64,000 bases of DNA from Chrysomallon squamiferum (taxonomy: Eukaryota; Animalia; Mollusca). The notes below the pieces were generated by a model. That model was not told where the DNA came from. It saw nothing but the letters and a program-made list of their open reading frames with translations, and searched no databases. Positions 17,938-30,900 of the stretch are shown here, piece by piece. Made by a program: the position numbers and the translations under genes. Within the stretch, counting starts at the first letter, position 1. Every line of letters begins with the position of its first letter. The stretch lies in contig CM022665.1 of NCBI GenBank assembly GCA_012295275.1, forward strand, positions 29,388,001 to 29,452,000, read 5' to 3'.

Positions 17938-20762
17938 TGTAAAATAAAATAAAATATTTATTTCTTCTTTTTGTTATTCATTTATTTGGATGTTTTTCTC
18001 CTCTCATTTATTGTATCACTTATTACGAGTTCTTTACAATTATTTTATAAATAAATCAAGGTGCAATTTTGATGCAAGAAAAAAAAATATATATATTAAT
18101 CTTGAAATTAATCTCACCAGTGAAAGTTAAAATATAAGACAATACTTTTGTTCATCATACATCTATTAGTCAGACATGCAATGAAGTAAATTATTTCAAA
18201 TACTTGCAATTCCCCAATCTCAGACCCCACTATTTTAACGTGCAATAATTTATGTCAAACCAAACAAATATTCCATTATCTCCAGGTACAGTCGTAATAT
18301 CGTTGACAAGAACAACATAATTATATTGAGATAAATCCGTTATGATCTAAATCCAGCCATTGTGTTATTTTGTTTTGTTGCTGGCGATACGTAAAATGCT
18401 GCAAGCCAAGATTAAACACCTGGGTTATTAAAGTCTCTAAATATTCTATTACCATGTTCAGCCGTTCCTGTTTTTAACGTATCCTTTCTATTTTACTAAA
18501 TAGTGTTAAGTAACAGAAGCGGTTATATTCAAGTTTATTATTATTCATGCCTGTCTGTCATTTAAACTGGTGAAGTCAAATAATACAGCTTATACTTTTG
18601 GGTTTTCCACATTTTTTCAAGCTGGTCTATGATCGTAGATTAAACATGTGATGTTAGACACATCACAAACATGTGATATAAATTCAACATTAATTCCTTA
18701 GAAGATAATAGAAATGAAATTTTCTGATGATTATTTATAAGTCAAAATAAATGAAGTAATTATCATTTTTATATTGGTTATTTTCATATTACTATGTTGG
18801 CAATAAAGTTACTCTTATTGTTTTAAATGCTAATATAAAACACTGTTTCATGAAAATTTCAAAAAGACTGCACATTATATTTACCTGATCAGCTGAACTA
18901 AAATGGCAAACAGAGATAATAAAGAATAATGAAACATCGGCGATCCAGCTTCGATTACACAAAATGCAGAGCTTGATCAGAATTGTGACAAAGTTACTAT
19001 TAACTATCACTGTCATTGCTTATTTATCTTGTTTTATTGTTTATGTATGTAATTTCTTTCTTTCTTTCTTTCTTTCTTGTTATTATATTTAACTAAGAGA
19101 AATTGTAATGAAAGTTAACAAACTTCATATATTATTAGTTTGTAAAAATATAATACTTGAAGTAATTTTAAACTTTAAAAGGTGGAAGATCACCTTTTAC
19201 ACACTTCTAAAATAATCACATATCTTCTTATTTTAAAATAGATATGTCTGTAACATTTCATTTTAATATCAAAAGTGTATTAATAAACCAAGATTTAATT
19301 CCAATTAAAATATTTCCAAAATAGATTTACAGGTCGTAAAAAGAAAATTAAATTAAAATAAAATATTCCTTTGAAGTTATTCATCAGTCAGCAACTGTCA
19401 GCAACATTTTTTGTTTCCATTACAGGGATTATTATCTGAATTCTGTTACATTGTTAAATAAAATGACTGGAGCTTTGCTTCATTTTAGTTCAATAATATA
19501 ATTTTGTTTATGTTACACATATAATTTTTAATTTAAATTTTTTTTATTTTTATTTTAATTATTCTTGGAATATCACTTGAATTACTTTCCAACCGCAGTT
19601 AAATCGTGGAAAAGTCAGCCAGCAATTAATGAACATATCGATATGTAGTGTATAATTTATTAACACTCTTTCTCTCTCGCTTTCTCAAATAAAATTCTGA
19701 TATGAAATTTAAGGGCAGAATTGTACAACTGTTTTCACGACATGCGATATGGTTGGTGTTTTAAAATTTTACTGTGACTTTTATTATAACAGGTGCCAAA
19801 CATCAAACGAAATATCCAAAAAATATTTTGCCTTATAATCTGCTGACATTTTTTTAATTTTCTGTAATGAATTTCATTTCATTTTAAAAGTTATGTGTAA
19901 CACAGTAATGTAACTTACTTTTCTGAAATTATGAAAACGCAATAAATATATCTAAGCCAGAAATATTTTTCATAATAATAAAGAAGAAATAATAATAAAA
20001 AGGAGAGAATAAAAAAAAAAAAAAAAAAAAAAAATAATAATAATAAAAATAACCTCGATACCATAATGATTTCTCCTTTTGTACATAAAAAAAAAAAAAA
20101 ATAATAATACATATGCATATATAATATATATTAATAAAAATAAAGGTAATAAAAACACGTTGAAAGACCACGTTTATTTTGGAAGTTACAGGCTATATAA
20201 ATATGTGAATATATGAATTTCTTGCACCATGCAAATTCTGGCCCCAAACAGTTTCAGATATATCATGTTTATAAAGTCGTTTATGTATTATCTATAGTAT
20301 ATAATATAATAACATAGCAAGTAATCTATAGCAAACATGTGAAAACCAAAACGACCTTCTTTTTTTTTTTGCTTTTTTTTTTTTTTTTTTTTTAAATGCT
20401 CTTGCCTCTTCTTTTTCTTAACATTTTTACATCACTGCCACATATTTTCTAACATAACTAATCTAGATATACTGGCACACAATATATTAATAATATTAAA
20501 AGCCTGAACACATACCAAGTTAAAAATAAGTGTAAAATGTATACAACTAATACACCGAAAGCACAACAAAACGAAACATAAAACTGTTTCCAACATGACA
20601 TATACAAGTCTTCGGCTAGGGAATTTACCCCCAGTAACATGAATTTATTTCAAATCAGCAAAATGACAAACGTACAAAAACAGCAACACTTGTTTCTTTC
20701 TTATTTACATAAATTATAGTAAAAGATTTTTAAAATGTTATAGTCTGTTAGTACACTGTACG

Positions 20763-21057
20763 TACTGAGAATCCCTTATCCGAAGAATCCCTTATCCGGA
20801 AGAATTTTGAACTTTGTAAAACAAGGAGATAGCCTGAGAAAAGGATCTAACACAAATTCCACTTATATTTTATATAGTGTTTAGGCAGACAGCCTTCAGG
20901 ATTTTTTTTTTTTTTTAATATAATATTTTTAATAATGTTGTGCATTAAATAAAGTTTGTATATCCAAAACGATCCAACTACTGTAAAGTATCACAATTTC
21001 TGCAGCCCGGAAAACCTTTTGGATTTCGAGATTTCGGATAGGGGATCCTCAACCTTT
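20763..21057. mobile_element. Degenerate Tigger/MER2-like MITE
   Basis: The left end TGAGAATCCCTTATCCGAA (partly duplicated in tandem) is an imperfect inverted repeat of the right end TTCGGATAGGGGATCCTCA. Length is about 300 bp. Confidence 0.6.
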
Positions 21058-23178
21058 AGTAACAATTATTATCAATAACAAAGGCATGTTTTGACTATAT
21101 TTAAAATGTTTTTTGTTTTTTTTGTGAAGAAATTGAAAGCGAAATAGTATAATAATAATAATAACAATAACAAAAATGTTTAAAAAAGAAGAAAAAAAAG
21201 GAAGTGTAATGACTACTAATGTGCGCTTAATTATTTCAAAGAATAAATATAACTACATATTGACAGACGTGTCATTAGTTTATTAATTTACAATTTAAGG
21301 AAGTTTGTTAAAACTTGGAGATCTTAATCTGGCATCTAAAACGAATGCCAATCATAACACAACCAGTTATAAAGTACACTGTACTGTGTAGTCTTCTTTA
21401 TAACTTATATTGTAAAAATAAATGCAAAGATGAAACAAACAACCAAGTAAGATTTAGAATCAACGAATTTTCCTCAGACACATTAACAAAGTAAAAAGAA
21501 TGACAGAAAAAACGAGAGTAAAGAATGTTAATGACAACGTTAAGAACGCAATTTAGGATGATCACAAATATTGGCAACCAACACCATTACTCAAGCTGTC
21601 ACATCTGTAATTACACTCACTACCTTGGCTCAGTTACAGGTAGTAGGTTCGTTCAACAACTATTAGATGATCTTAACAGAAGAAAAAAAAGTAATAATGA
21701 AAAAATAGCAGGGAAAAAACTAATTACTTCTGAAAACTATGCCTTCAATTCAAAGTATGTATTTTTAATTTACATATAAAAACATTTTATTTTTAAATCA
21801 TTAATGAGAAAAATCAAACATTGAACTTTTAAAACATTAAAGAGAAAAATCAATATTGAATAACATTATTTTTACATTTTTTTGTGTTTAAAAAAAAACA
21901 AAACAAGAAAAAAACAACAACTGAAACTAATCAGAACAACAATAAACAAATTTATATATATCCAAATACAAAATTAAATATATCCAAGTAACAAAACTAA
22001 ACAAAACTAAAACAGCACAAAATGTTATCACCACTATGAACTACAATAAATGATTATACATGTATCACCTTTACTATTATTACATGCAGCTGAGAGGAAA
22101 AAAGGATGAGAAATATAATTTATTCATTACTTCTTAATAATAACAACAATAATTTCACATATGCAATCAACAGTAAAACATTGCTCATAACAATTTTTGT
22201 AGTGCTTAGAAAAATGAAAAAAAGTTACCAAGGTTTAAGTAGATAAATAAATCCAAGAATTCAGTATTAAAACCTTAACGTGTATGAATTAGAAAACAAG
22301 TGCAGCTAAACAGCAAGTAATAATTTATAATCTAAACCATGCACCAGAGCCCATTATTGACTTTTTAACATGTTGTACCACTTGTTAATTATATTAAAGT
22401 TGCTTTTTTAAACACAGCCATTATGCCAAAGATCTAATTACTGGATAATTACATTATACAAGTCAAAGGGTTTGAGAAATGTATTAAAAAAAATAAAAAT
22501 AAAAAGTTAATGAAAAACAAGAATGTGTATGTAATGCCACTCATCATATTTTGCCAGCTAGAAAATGTGTAATAATAAAAACACACTTTAGAGTATATCC
22601 GCAACAAGTCTGTAATTTAGACAGAATATTAATTTGGAAATGTATAAAGTATAATAAATGCATACAGTTTTGAAGAATGATTTAAGATAACAATGGAAAT
22701 ATTTTTGTTAAACAGAATGTACTGGTTTCACTTGATGTTCATAAAAAATAGATCAATTACCATAAAATAATATGTGTGTACGTGTGTGTGCATGTGTGCA
22801 AATAAGGATATAAGCACAATCATGCATGTATCATAACAGAGATGAAATTATGAAATTCTAGAAAATATTATTGGTCATGTAATTTATTACAATAAGGAAG
22901 AAACCTTGAATCATAACTTATCCAGATTATTGCACATAAGAATGTATAGAGTGTTAATACTGAAATGACAATATCCTTCATAAAACTGTGACTGACCATT
23001 AATACAAATGATAAACTGACTTCTTTCAGCTCTTTATGTTTTCTGGCAACATGTAAAGTTGTTATGTACACTTTTACTGTATTTCATTTAAATTCAACTG
23101 GCGCAACATAGACTTCCAAACTGAGCTTAAAATGTCAGCAAAAGCAATGCTATTGCAAATAACATACTGAGTATTAAC

Positions 23179-25992
23179 CTAAAACTGTGTCCCATCAAAA
23201 TCACTGTAATCAAGGTAGTTCTTCAGCATCTGAGGAAGTTTTAGCTGTGAAAGCATTATTGGCATAATTTGACTTTTGATCATGCACATCCGTATTTCTT
23301 TCCGGCAGTTGGCAAGAAGTGACTGTGGTGTATGGACTAGGTTCCTTACAAATGCAATCGTCGACTCCCAAACTTTGGGTTGGGTTTCAGCAGCCTGTAG
23401 ACTTTTACGTAAAATATTAGCTGCTTCTTCACAATATGCAGCAACGAACCACTGAATAATTACTGTCTTGTTTCGATGTACTGCATGCTCTACTGGATTG
23501 CACGGTCCACATGGATCATCAAGTGTAGAACGTATACTCAGTTTACTGCCTGCCTTTATCAGTTGTTTAACAATATCCAAAGGTGGAAAATCCATATCCA
23601 CTGCAAACCACAGTGGCAGTGTTCCTGCATCATCTTCAATATTTGGATTAGCATGATACTTCAGTAAGACAGAAACAATACTTGGTTGTTTTGTAAATAC
23701 TGCTTCATTAATGGCTGTCATCCCATGCATACCTCGGACATCAAGAAGGCACCCAGCATCAAGGAAAAATTTTGTTGTCTGCACTTGTTTTGATGTGACA
23801 GCACTTATCAGTGGTGTAATGCCGTCCCTATTACGTGCATTGAGATCAAAACCTCGTTCAATCAGATCATTACAACATATGACATTTCCTCCAGAAGCTG
23901 CATAATGTAGAAGGCTGTTACCATTGTTAGGTTTCTTGTTAATATCAGCACCTTTAGATATCAGAAACCTCATTACTGACATGTTTCCTTTCAGGGCTGA
24001 TATATGTAAAGGTGTGCACCCCAAAAAATCTTGAGCATCTATATGGGCTCCAGCATCAAGAAGCAATCTGCAGCATCTGAGTTGACCTCTCTCTGCAGCT
24101 AAATGTAGTGCACTCCGTTTGTTGTACGATACCATGTTGACATTACATTTCCAGTTAATCATCATTCTCACTACTTCATGATGTCCATTCATTGCTGCCA
24201 TCATCAAAGGCGTGAAGCGTCGAATATCCTGAGCATCAATTTCAGCACCATTTAGTAGCAAAACACCGCAACATGTTGTATCTCCATGCTGGGCTGTGTA
24301 ATGCAATGCTGTTGCTGCACTGTGGCACATTCTGTTGATATCACATCCATTGATAAGAAATAGCTTAATTAATTCAACATAACCTTTTTCTGCTGCACAA
24401 ATCAATGGTGTATTTCCAAACGTATCCTCTTCTTCCAGATCTGCTTCAGCACTGACTAGAAATCTACAAATGCCTAAGTGGCCATTTTCAGTTGCACAGT
24501 GCAGTGCTGTTCGATCCAAATAACCTCGCCGTCGTACAGAAGCATGGTAGGCCAAAAGACGTTTTACCACTGAAAGATGACCGTGCAGCGAGGCCAGGAT
24601 CAGAGGTGTGTCGTTTTCAGAATTCACTGAGTTAACATCTGCACCAGCATTGATCAGACACTGACAACACTCAACATGCCCTTCAGATGCAGCATTATGG
24701 AGTGGTGTGTCCAGTAGAGGTCCGCTGGCCAAGTCAATATTACTAACCCAGTGAACAAGAAGTTCCACCATTCTCATAGACCCTCGTTTTGCTGCAAGTG
24801 CTAATGGAGTGTATCCTTCTTCATTTGTCATGTCAGCAGCATTTCCGGCATGTAATAAAGCAACTGTACAGTTTTCGTTTTCCAGAAGACATGCCATAAA
24901 TAGGGCATTATGGCTGTCTTGTGAATCGACATCCCCTGTCTGCAACAGTCGCTGAAGTAGTTCCACATCCTGATTGACAACAGCATCTTCTAAGCTAATA
25001 TGGAAAAAATTAAAAACAATGAAACAAATACATAATGGGGGGGGTAATATCTGAAATAATAGTATCATAAATGAGTATATATATGGATATATTGCTGAAC
25101 AAACATTATTTTATTTTGAATGCATATAACTTTTCATCTTGATAAAACCCAGAACTGAAATACATGATATCTTGTATTTGTGCAATTGTGAGTTCACATT
25201 TTCAGTTCTTTTTTTTGCCATAGCTAAAAACCAGTAGTCTGTCATTAACTGTTGTATCAAGATTACATTTAATAATTATGGTCAGTTATCTTTACAGTCA
25301 ATCAATATATTGATTATTTCATAGCCTGTTGCACCACTAAGCCTTGAACTTGTTCGTTATGAATTCTGCAGTGACCGCAGCCAGCCTTCCAGACGCAATG
25401 CCTAGATCACAATAATGACTTGCACTTGATATTATTATTAACAGTGTGTTTATGACAATAACGTTTATTTGCAAATTCTATTTTGATCAACTGTTCATAA
25501 ACTGTACAAAACTCAGTTTAAAACTGTTTTACTGTTATAATTTATATGCTTAAAACAAATATACAAAACAACGAAAATAAACTACTTAAACTGCTATTAT
25601 TCCGTATGTAATAATTATATGTAATTCCTAGATTTTAAAATAATTAAAATATATATATATATACATATATATATCTAAATGGATATGAAAATAATAATAC
25701 AAATGAAACCCTGAATAAAGTGTAACAACTTCATAGAAATATATCTCTTGTAAATTCCTTCTCCGTTATTTCTTTTTCAAAACAAATCCGGAACATGGGT
25801 AACGTGCTGTTTAGCATGAAACACATCTACATCTTACAGTTGTAAACAACACTGACCCATCTTGACCTAAATATTTTTTAACGCCGTTACAGAAATCTTC
25901 AACATCATTTAAACCTAACGATTGTTTTGTACACATTTGTTCGTTATATGTACTTTACTGGTCGTGTCAACTTACCTTCTCTTGCCGGCCAT
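23179..25992 (-). CDS. Ankyrin repeat and SOCS box protein (ASB-like E3 ligase adaptor), ~610 aa
   Basis: A 17-nt first exon at 25976-25992 (ATG GCC GGC AAG AGA AG|gtaagt) splices in phase to one large exon at 23179-24994, giving MAGKRSLEDAVV... There are about 15 ankyrin repeats (TPLH/TALH) and a C-terminal SOCS box, PQSLLANCRKEIR...LKLPQMLKNYL. The ORF-track N-terminus is intronic. Confidence 0.9.
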
Positions 25993-27984
25993 CTTTCCCC
26001 CAACAACCCCGAATACGTTCGAAACACACTTTTCCTTCACATCATAATAAAAGATAGCACATTCCTGCAATTGACATTATCAAGATCATGTGATCAACGG
26101 GATGCAACTCTTCTGCATCAGTTAAAAAGTAAATCGAGGTTCTGAATGGGATAACCAGATATTTTTTCTGTTGAATTGCACTACAACGCCGCAAATTCGT
26201 CAAGAATAACTTCTTTAATCAAGTATTTAATATATCTAGCATTCTTGTGAGATCACTACTTTATAGTAATTATGATTATGATTATTATTATTATTTTATT
26301 TTTTTAGCATGGCATTTGTTTATATACAACGAAAAAAATTGTATGGGAATAAACTAATGTTTTCAGATCTGATATTCTAAAGAAATGCCTAAATCTGAGT
26401 AACAAATAGTTTTTCACGTTGTGTAATTATAATGTTGCAAATTAATAGCAACATATTCAACAATGACTACACCTTTTAAGAAGCATAAATAAAACAGAAA
26501 CTATATAGTAAAATTTCCACTCTTTTATAGTACAATATTCAGCCCCCTCCTTTGAAAAATGATTCACGGATCCCAGGTGCAACTGCTTCTCACAATATAC
26601 GTAGCTAGGTTTCACAGAGTGATCTTGACAGCGTAAATGCTTTATTGCCATTCAGTGAAACAATTTTCCCAACAGAAGCATCATACGTAATTACATAATT
26701 AACTTACCAGTCATACAGTGTGAACTAGCTGTATACTGTCAACTTGGCAGGAGCCGAGTGCCTGCACTGTTTGATCTAGAGTTATATATAATGTGTATAA
26801 ACATAAAACAAATCTTCCTGAAGTCAAGCCAGATTTATTATAAATTCTAATTAAACTAAACAAGAGGGAAAACAAGTATTCTAGAACTGAAATGTGTGGT
26901 TTTTTATTATGTATTTGAATACTTATAAATTTATCTCTGTGTATATTATGAAAATTTTAAATTTATGGTTATATATTATCCCAAGTTTCTCATTTTCATT
27001 AGGTAACAATATATATATATATATAAAATATAATAAAATAATAAATAAATTTAGCACAATCTAAAAATATAGTAATTAAAAATTAATGATGTGAATGTAA
27101 CTTTCAGTACTGAATACTTTTTTAAAAACCTTTAAACAGAAAAGAGAAGTCAGAAGAAAAAATTTGGGGCAGATATATCATCCTCTTATATATGTATGTA
27201 ATTGTGTATGGACTGGCCAGCAGAAATGGTGATTACATCTTAAGAGTAGTAATAATCTGTTCTGAAATATTTCGTATTACTATATTCAAGTAATATTTTA
27301 ACTAATAGTCCTGAAGTGGGATTGATTTCACAAATGGAAATATAAATTATGACAGATAAAATTCCACCTAAAACAATTTGAAACCAGCTTATCTGAAGAA
27401 CAGAACCAGAAAAAATGTGAAGAGCCATCACTGGTAATATAACTTTCAAGATGAGATTAAAAAAAACCACAAAAAAATAAAAAAATAAAAGTGCTTCAGT
27501 GGGCACAAAATAGGATAAGCAGTTTTGTAAATCTAAAAAGTTATCACCAGCATACTTTATTTCACAGAAACAATCTTATAATTATTGTTATGTAAAGAAT
27601 AAAACACAATATATTTTTCATTGATCAATCAGTGATTAAATGAGAATGCAATATCGCAAGTGGGGAAGTTGAGTTTTTTAACAGTATTGCTCTGCAATGT
27701 ATATATATATATTTAAAAATACAATATAATTGATAGTGTATTGATTACTATAAAATTCAAATATATTACACAATCTAACAGATTTACATAATTTGATTTA
27801 TACTATTCACAAAATTTTAACATTAAAAATACATAACAAAACAAAATAATGATTAACTGGAAAAACTAATATAACTATGCTTTGCATATTTGAAGAAGAT
27901 AAAATTTTCATTAAAACTTATAGAAAGATTTCTGCTAATAAACATTATACACGAACATATTTAAATATTTTTTTTTATTATGTA

Positions 27985-30900
27985 TCACATCCAGTCAGCA
28001 ACATCCAGCATTACTTCAGAAAACCAAGCAGAATCAGTCTGCAAAAACAAAAATAAATAAAAGTTGAAAAAAAGTATAACTTCTCTCACAGAATGTATCA
28101 GTTTACTAACAGATGTAGATAAATGTAGCCAATGTTGGTTGTGTAATTTAAAAACCAGTTACCATTTATACATACATTATTTTTTTTTTATCAGAATAAA
28201 TGTAAAAATATATAACAACTGTACATTTTCCAGGCTGATTTGACTTAATTTAAGAATCCTGAAGATGTTATCTACATTACTTAATATACATGTATACCAG
28301 GTCTGTAGCTGCATCATTTTCATTTTGTTCTGGACAAGGGTCTTCACATCTATTGTTTAGTTCAGTATTGTTAACAAATTCTGGAACAGAATCAAATTCT
28401 GCTTCAATATCTTCAAAGAAACTTTCATCAAATAATAGCTGATTGGGTTCACCTTGCTGAGGTTGGAGATCCATACTATTTATCTGATTTAAAAAAATAA
28501 ATTAAAAAGAAATGTAAAACATTCAGTAACCATTTAAAAAAAAAAAAAAAAAAATCAAGAGTTCATATAAACTTTAGATTAATGAATGAATAAATAAATG
28601 TTTAATAATACAATAATGTTAATGTTTTTTAGATGTAAAACATGGTAATATTAAGCAGAAAATCAGCTGTCGATTCTTATCAGTTAACAGCAAGATATAT
28701 GCATCGTCCTCAGCTTTTGATGAATGTTTGTTTTAAAAATGGTACACTCTCTGAAATGGAAGCACCAAAGATATTAGTTATTTCGTTGTGGAATCTCTGT
28801 CATACAATATTTTTTACTTTATTATTTTAAATGTTTATAAGCAGCACATTAAGAAAATAATACTAATAATAAATAAAAATAAATTTATTTTCAGAAATTA
28901 TACGTTAAAATAGCCAATGTCATTAATACTTGAGCTGTAAACAGTCTCAACTGTTCATCTTGATTGGTTATCTCAGTGTTAGTGCTTTGATGTTCATCTG
29001 ATAACCCATCAATGTGAAAAGCAGGCAGTTCTTCCCAGCTGTCAATTACAGGTATGTCTTCATCTTCTTGCAATGCCTAAAAAGCAGCTTTATTTTACTT
29101 TATGAAAATCTGAGTTCACAGAAACTGACAGTAAAATATATTTTCCTTAATAAATTATAATTAATAAGGATTCCTTTGAACAACATTTTTTTTTCTTAGT
29201 TTATTGAAGGGAAATGAACAAATGAATGCATTCATGTTTTCTTTCAACATTTCTTGGGCATCTGTATTTGTTTAATTTTTTACTTTTAATTTTAAAAAAA
29301 TCTGTTATAAGAGTGGATAATGTCAGTTACCATTTCAAGGGCTTCTAGTAATTAACAGAAAATGCTTGGACCATGACCCATCAAGTGGAATGGGAAGCAG
29401 TCATAAGGATTTGTCAAAATATGATTATGCGATTCATTACATCTGAGAACAGAGCATAATCAGTTACTTAATGATTTACTTTAAAACATTAAAACATGAA
29501 CAAGGTCTTGTGAAAACCCACACCTCATTACAAATCTGTTGTGATATTCCTGTCTCGGGTCTTTGGCAGTTAGATAGCTTCCACAGTTTCTCTGTGAAAA
29601 AATGTTTCATGTCTTCAGGGTTTTCTGCCTTTAAGAAGAAAATTAGAAAAAATGTTCTAAGTAATATCTGTTGCTAAATTTTAATGTAGAAAAAATAAAC
29701 TAAATTAGTTCTTGCTTCTTAATAACTGGCATTGTTATGTTTATTACATATGTTATTAGATAATGAAAAGAGGGGGTTGGTATTTATGTGGTATAATAGT
29801 TATTGAAGTCATCTAAGGTCAGTTTTTATTTATTCCCTGTATTTGTTTGATATTTGTGATATGCATAATCTTGAAATTGAAAAGAAATGGCAAATGGTTT
29901 TCTATGTGGTATAAATATCTTTAGTTATGTGTTTTCTCACCTGAATTGTGGCCTTCATCTCTGATCGGAATTTTCTGCAAGAACTAAGAGAAACAATATC
30001 ACAGAGTGCTTTGCTTATAAGAGGTACAGTTTTTGTCAAAACAGATATTTTCTGAAACAAACAAAAAGAATTGTCTCTTTACTGTTGTATTAAAAACAAT
30101 CCAAAACTTTGAAAAATAAAATCCAACAAAAATGTCTTTCTCTTTAAAAACAAAATTTAAAAAAAAGAAGAAGACAGAAAAAAGCAAGTATAATACATAT
30201 GATATTCTATTTTTATCTTATTATACTATTTTAAAATATAAAACATTAAAAATCACCTTTAGATTGTTTTCATCACTTCTTTTTTCATTAAATAACATCA
30301 TTGCTGATTCTAAACTCTCTTTCAGAGCTGGCCAAATAAATATATTTTTCTCATTTGACAACTTGGTGTGCAAATCTGTGAAGAAATTGTAATTAGTTAC
30401 ATTAATATTTTTAATTCAATACATTTTCATTTTACAGAAAAAACTGAGTAATACTTTTTGGATAAGATGAGGAAATTTTTTTTAATTTAAATGAACATAC
30501 CAGTAGTAAACTCTGGACTACAGCCATTTCTACAGGATATAATAATACTAATTTGCAACAAGAAGCTGTTGTACACCGAAGATGGTTTTGGCAAAAATGA
30601 TTTATCTTTAATTTCTACAGCCATTCTGTTTTCCCACTGAGAACAATCTGAAATAAAGCAAATATTCTGCAAGCATGCTAGTATATTTTTCTATTTTAAA
30701 TTAATTAAATAATTATTGCTCAGCCACTGAGTTGTAATTTGTTAATAAAAGCATACATAAATGTTTAATTTAAAAGAATAACATTTATTTATTTTGAAGA
30801 AAAAAATTAATATTTTTGTTGTTACTAATAAGTGGCATTAAGAAAAATAAGATACCTTTTAAGGATGGTTTTACCCTGGTCATAACTAAAGGGAATCTGC

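Noticed and set aside
19915-20171. Three overlapping minus-strand ORFs rich in F/L/Y/I
   Set aside because: These are translations of poly-A and (AAT)n tracts, not coding sequence.
23468-23905. Plus-strand ORFs inside the ankyrin exon (also 5069-5427 inside SLC3)
   Set aside because: Antisense shadows of real coding exons.
24995-25068. Hydrophobic signal-peptide-like N-terminus of the 629-aa ankyrin ORF
   Set aside because: It is the intronic polypyrimidine tract. An in-phase upstream exon with ATG exists at 25976-25992.
28640-28800. Possible additional TOP6BL exon in a GC-richer intronic patch
   Set aside because: The candidate acceptors tried on the minus strand all ran into stops, and the flanking exons already join in phase.
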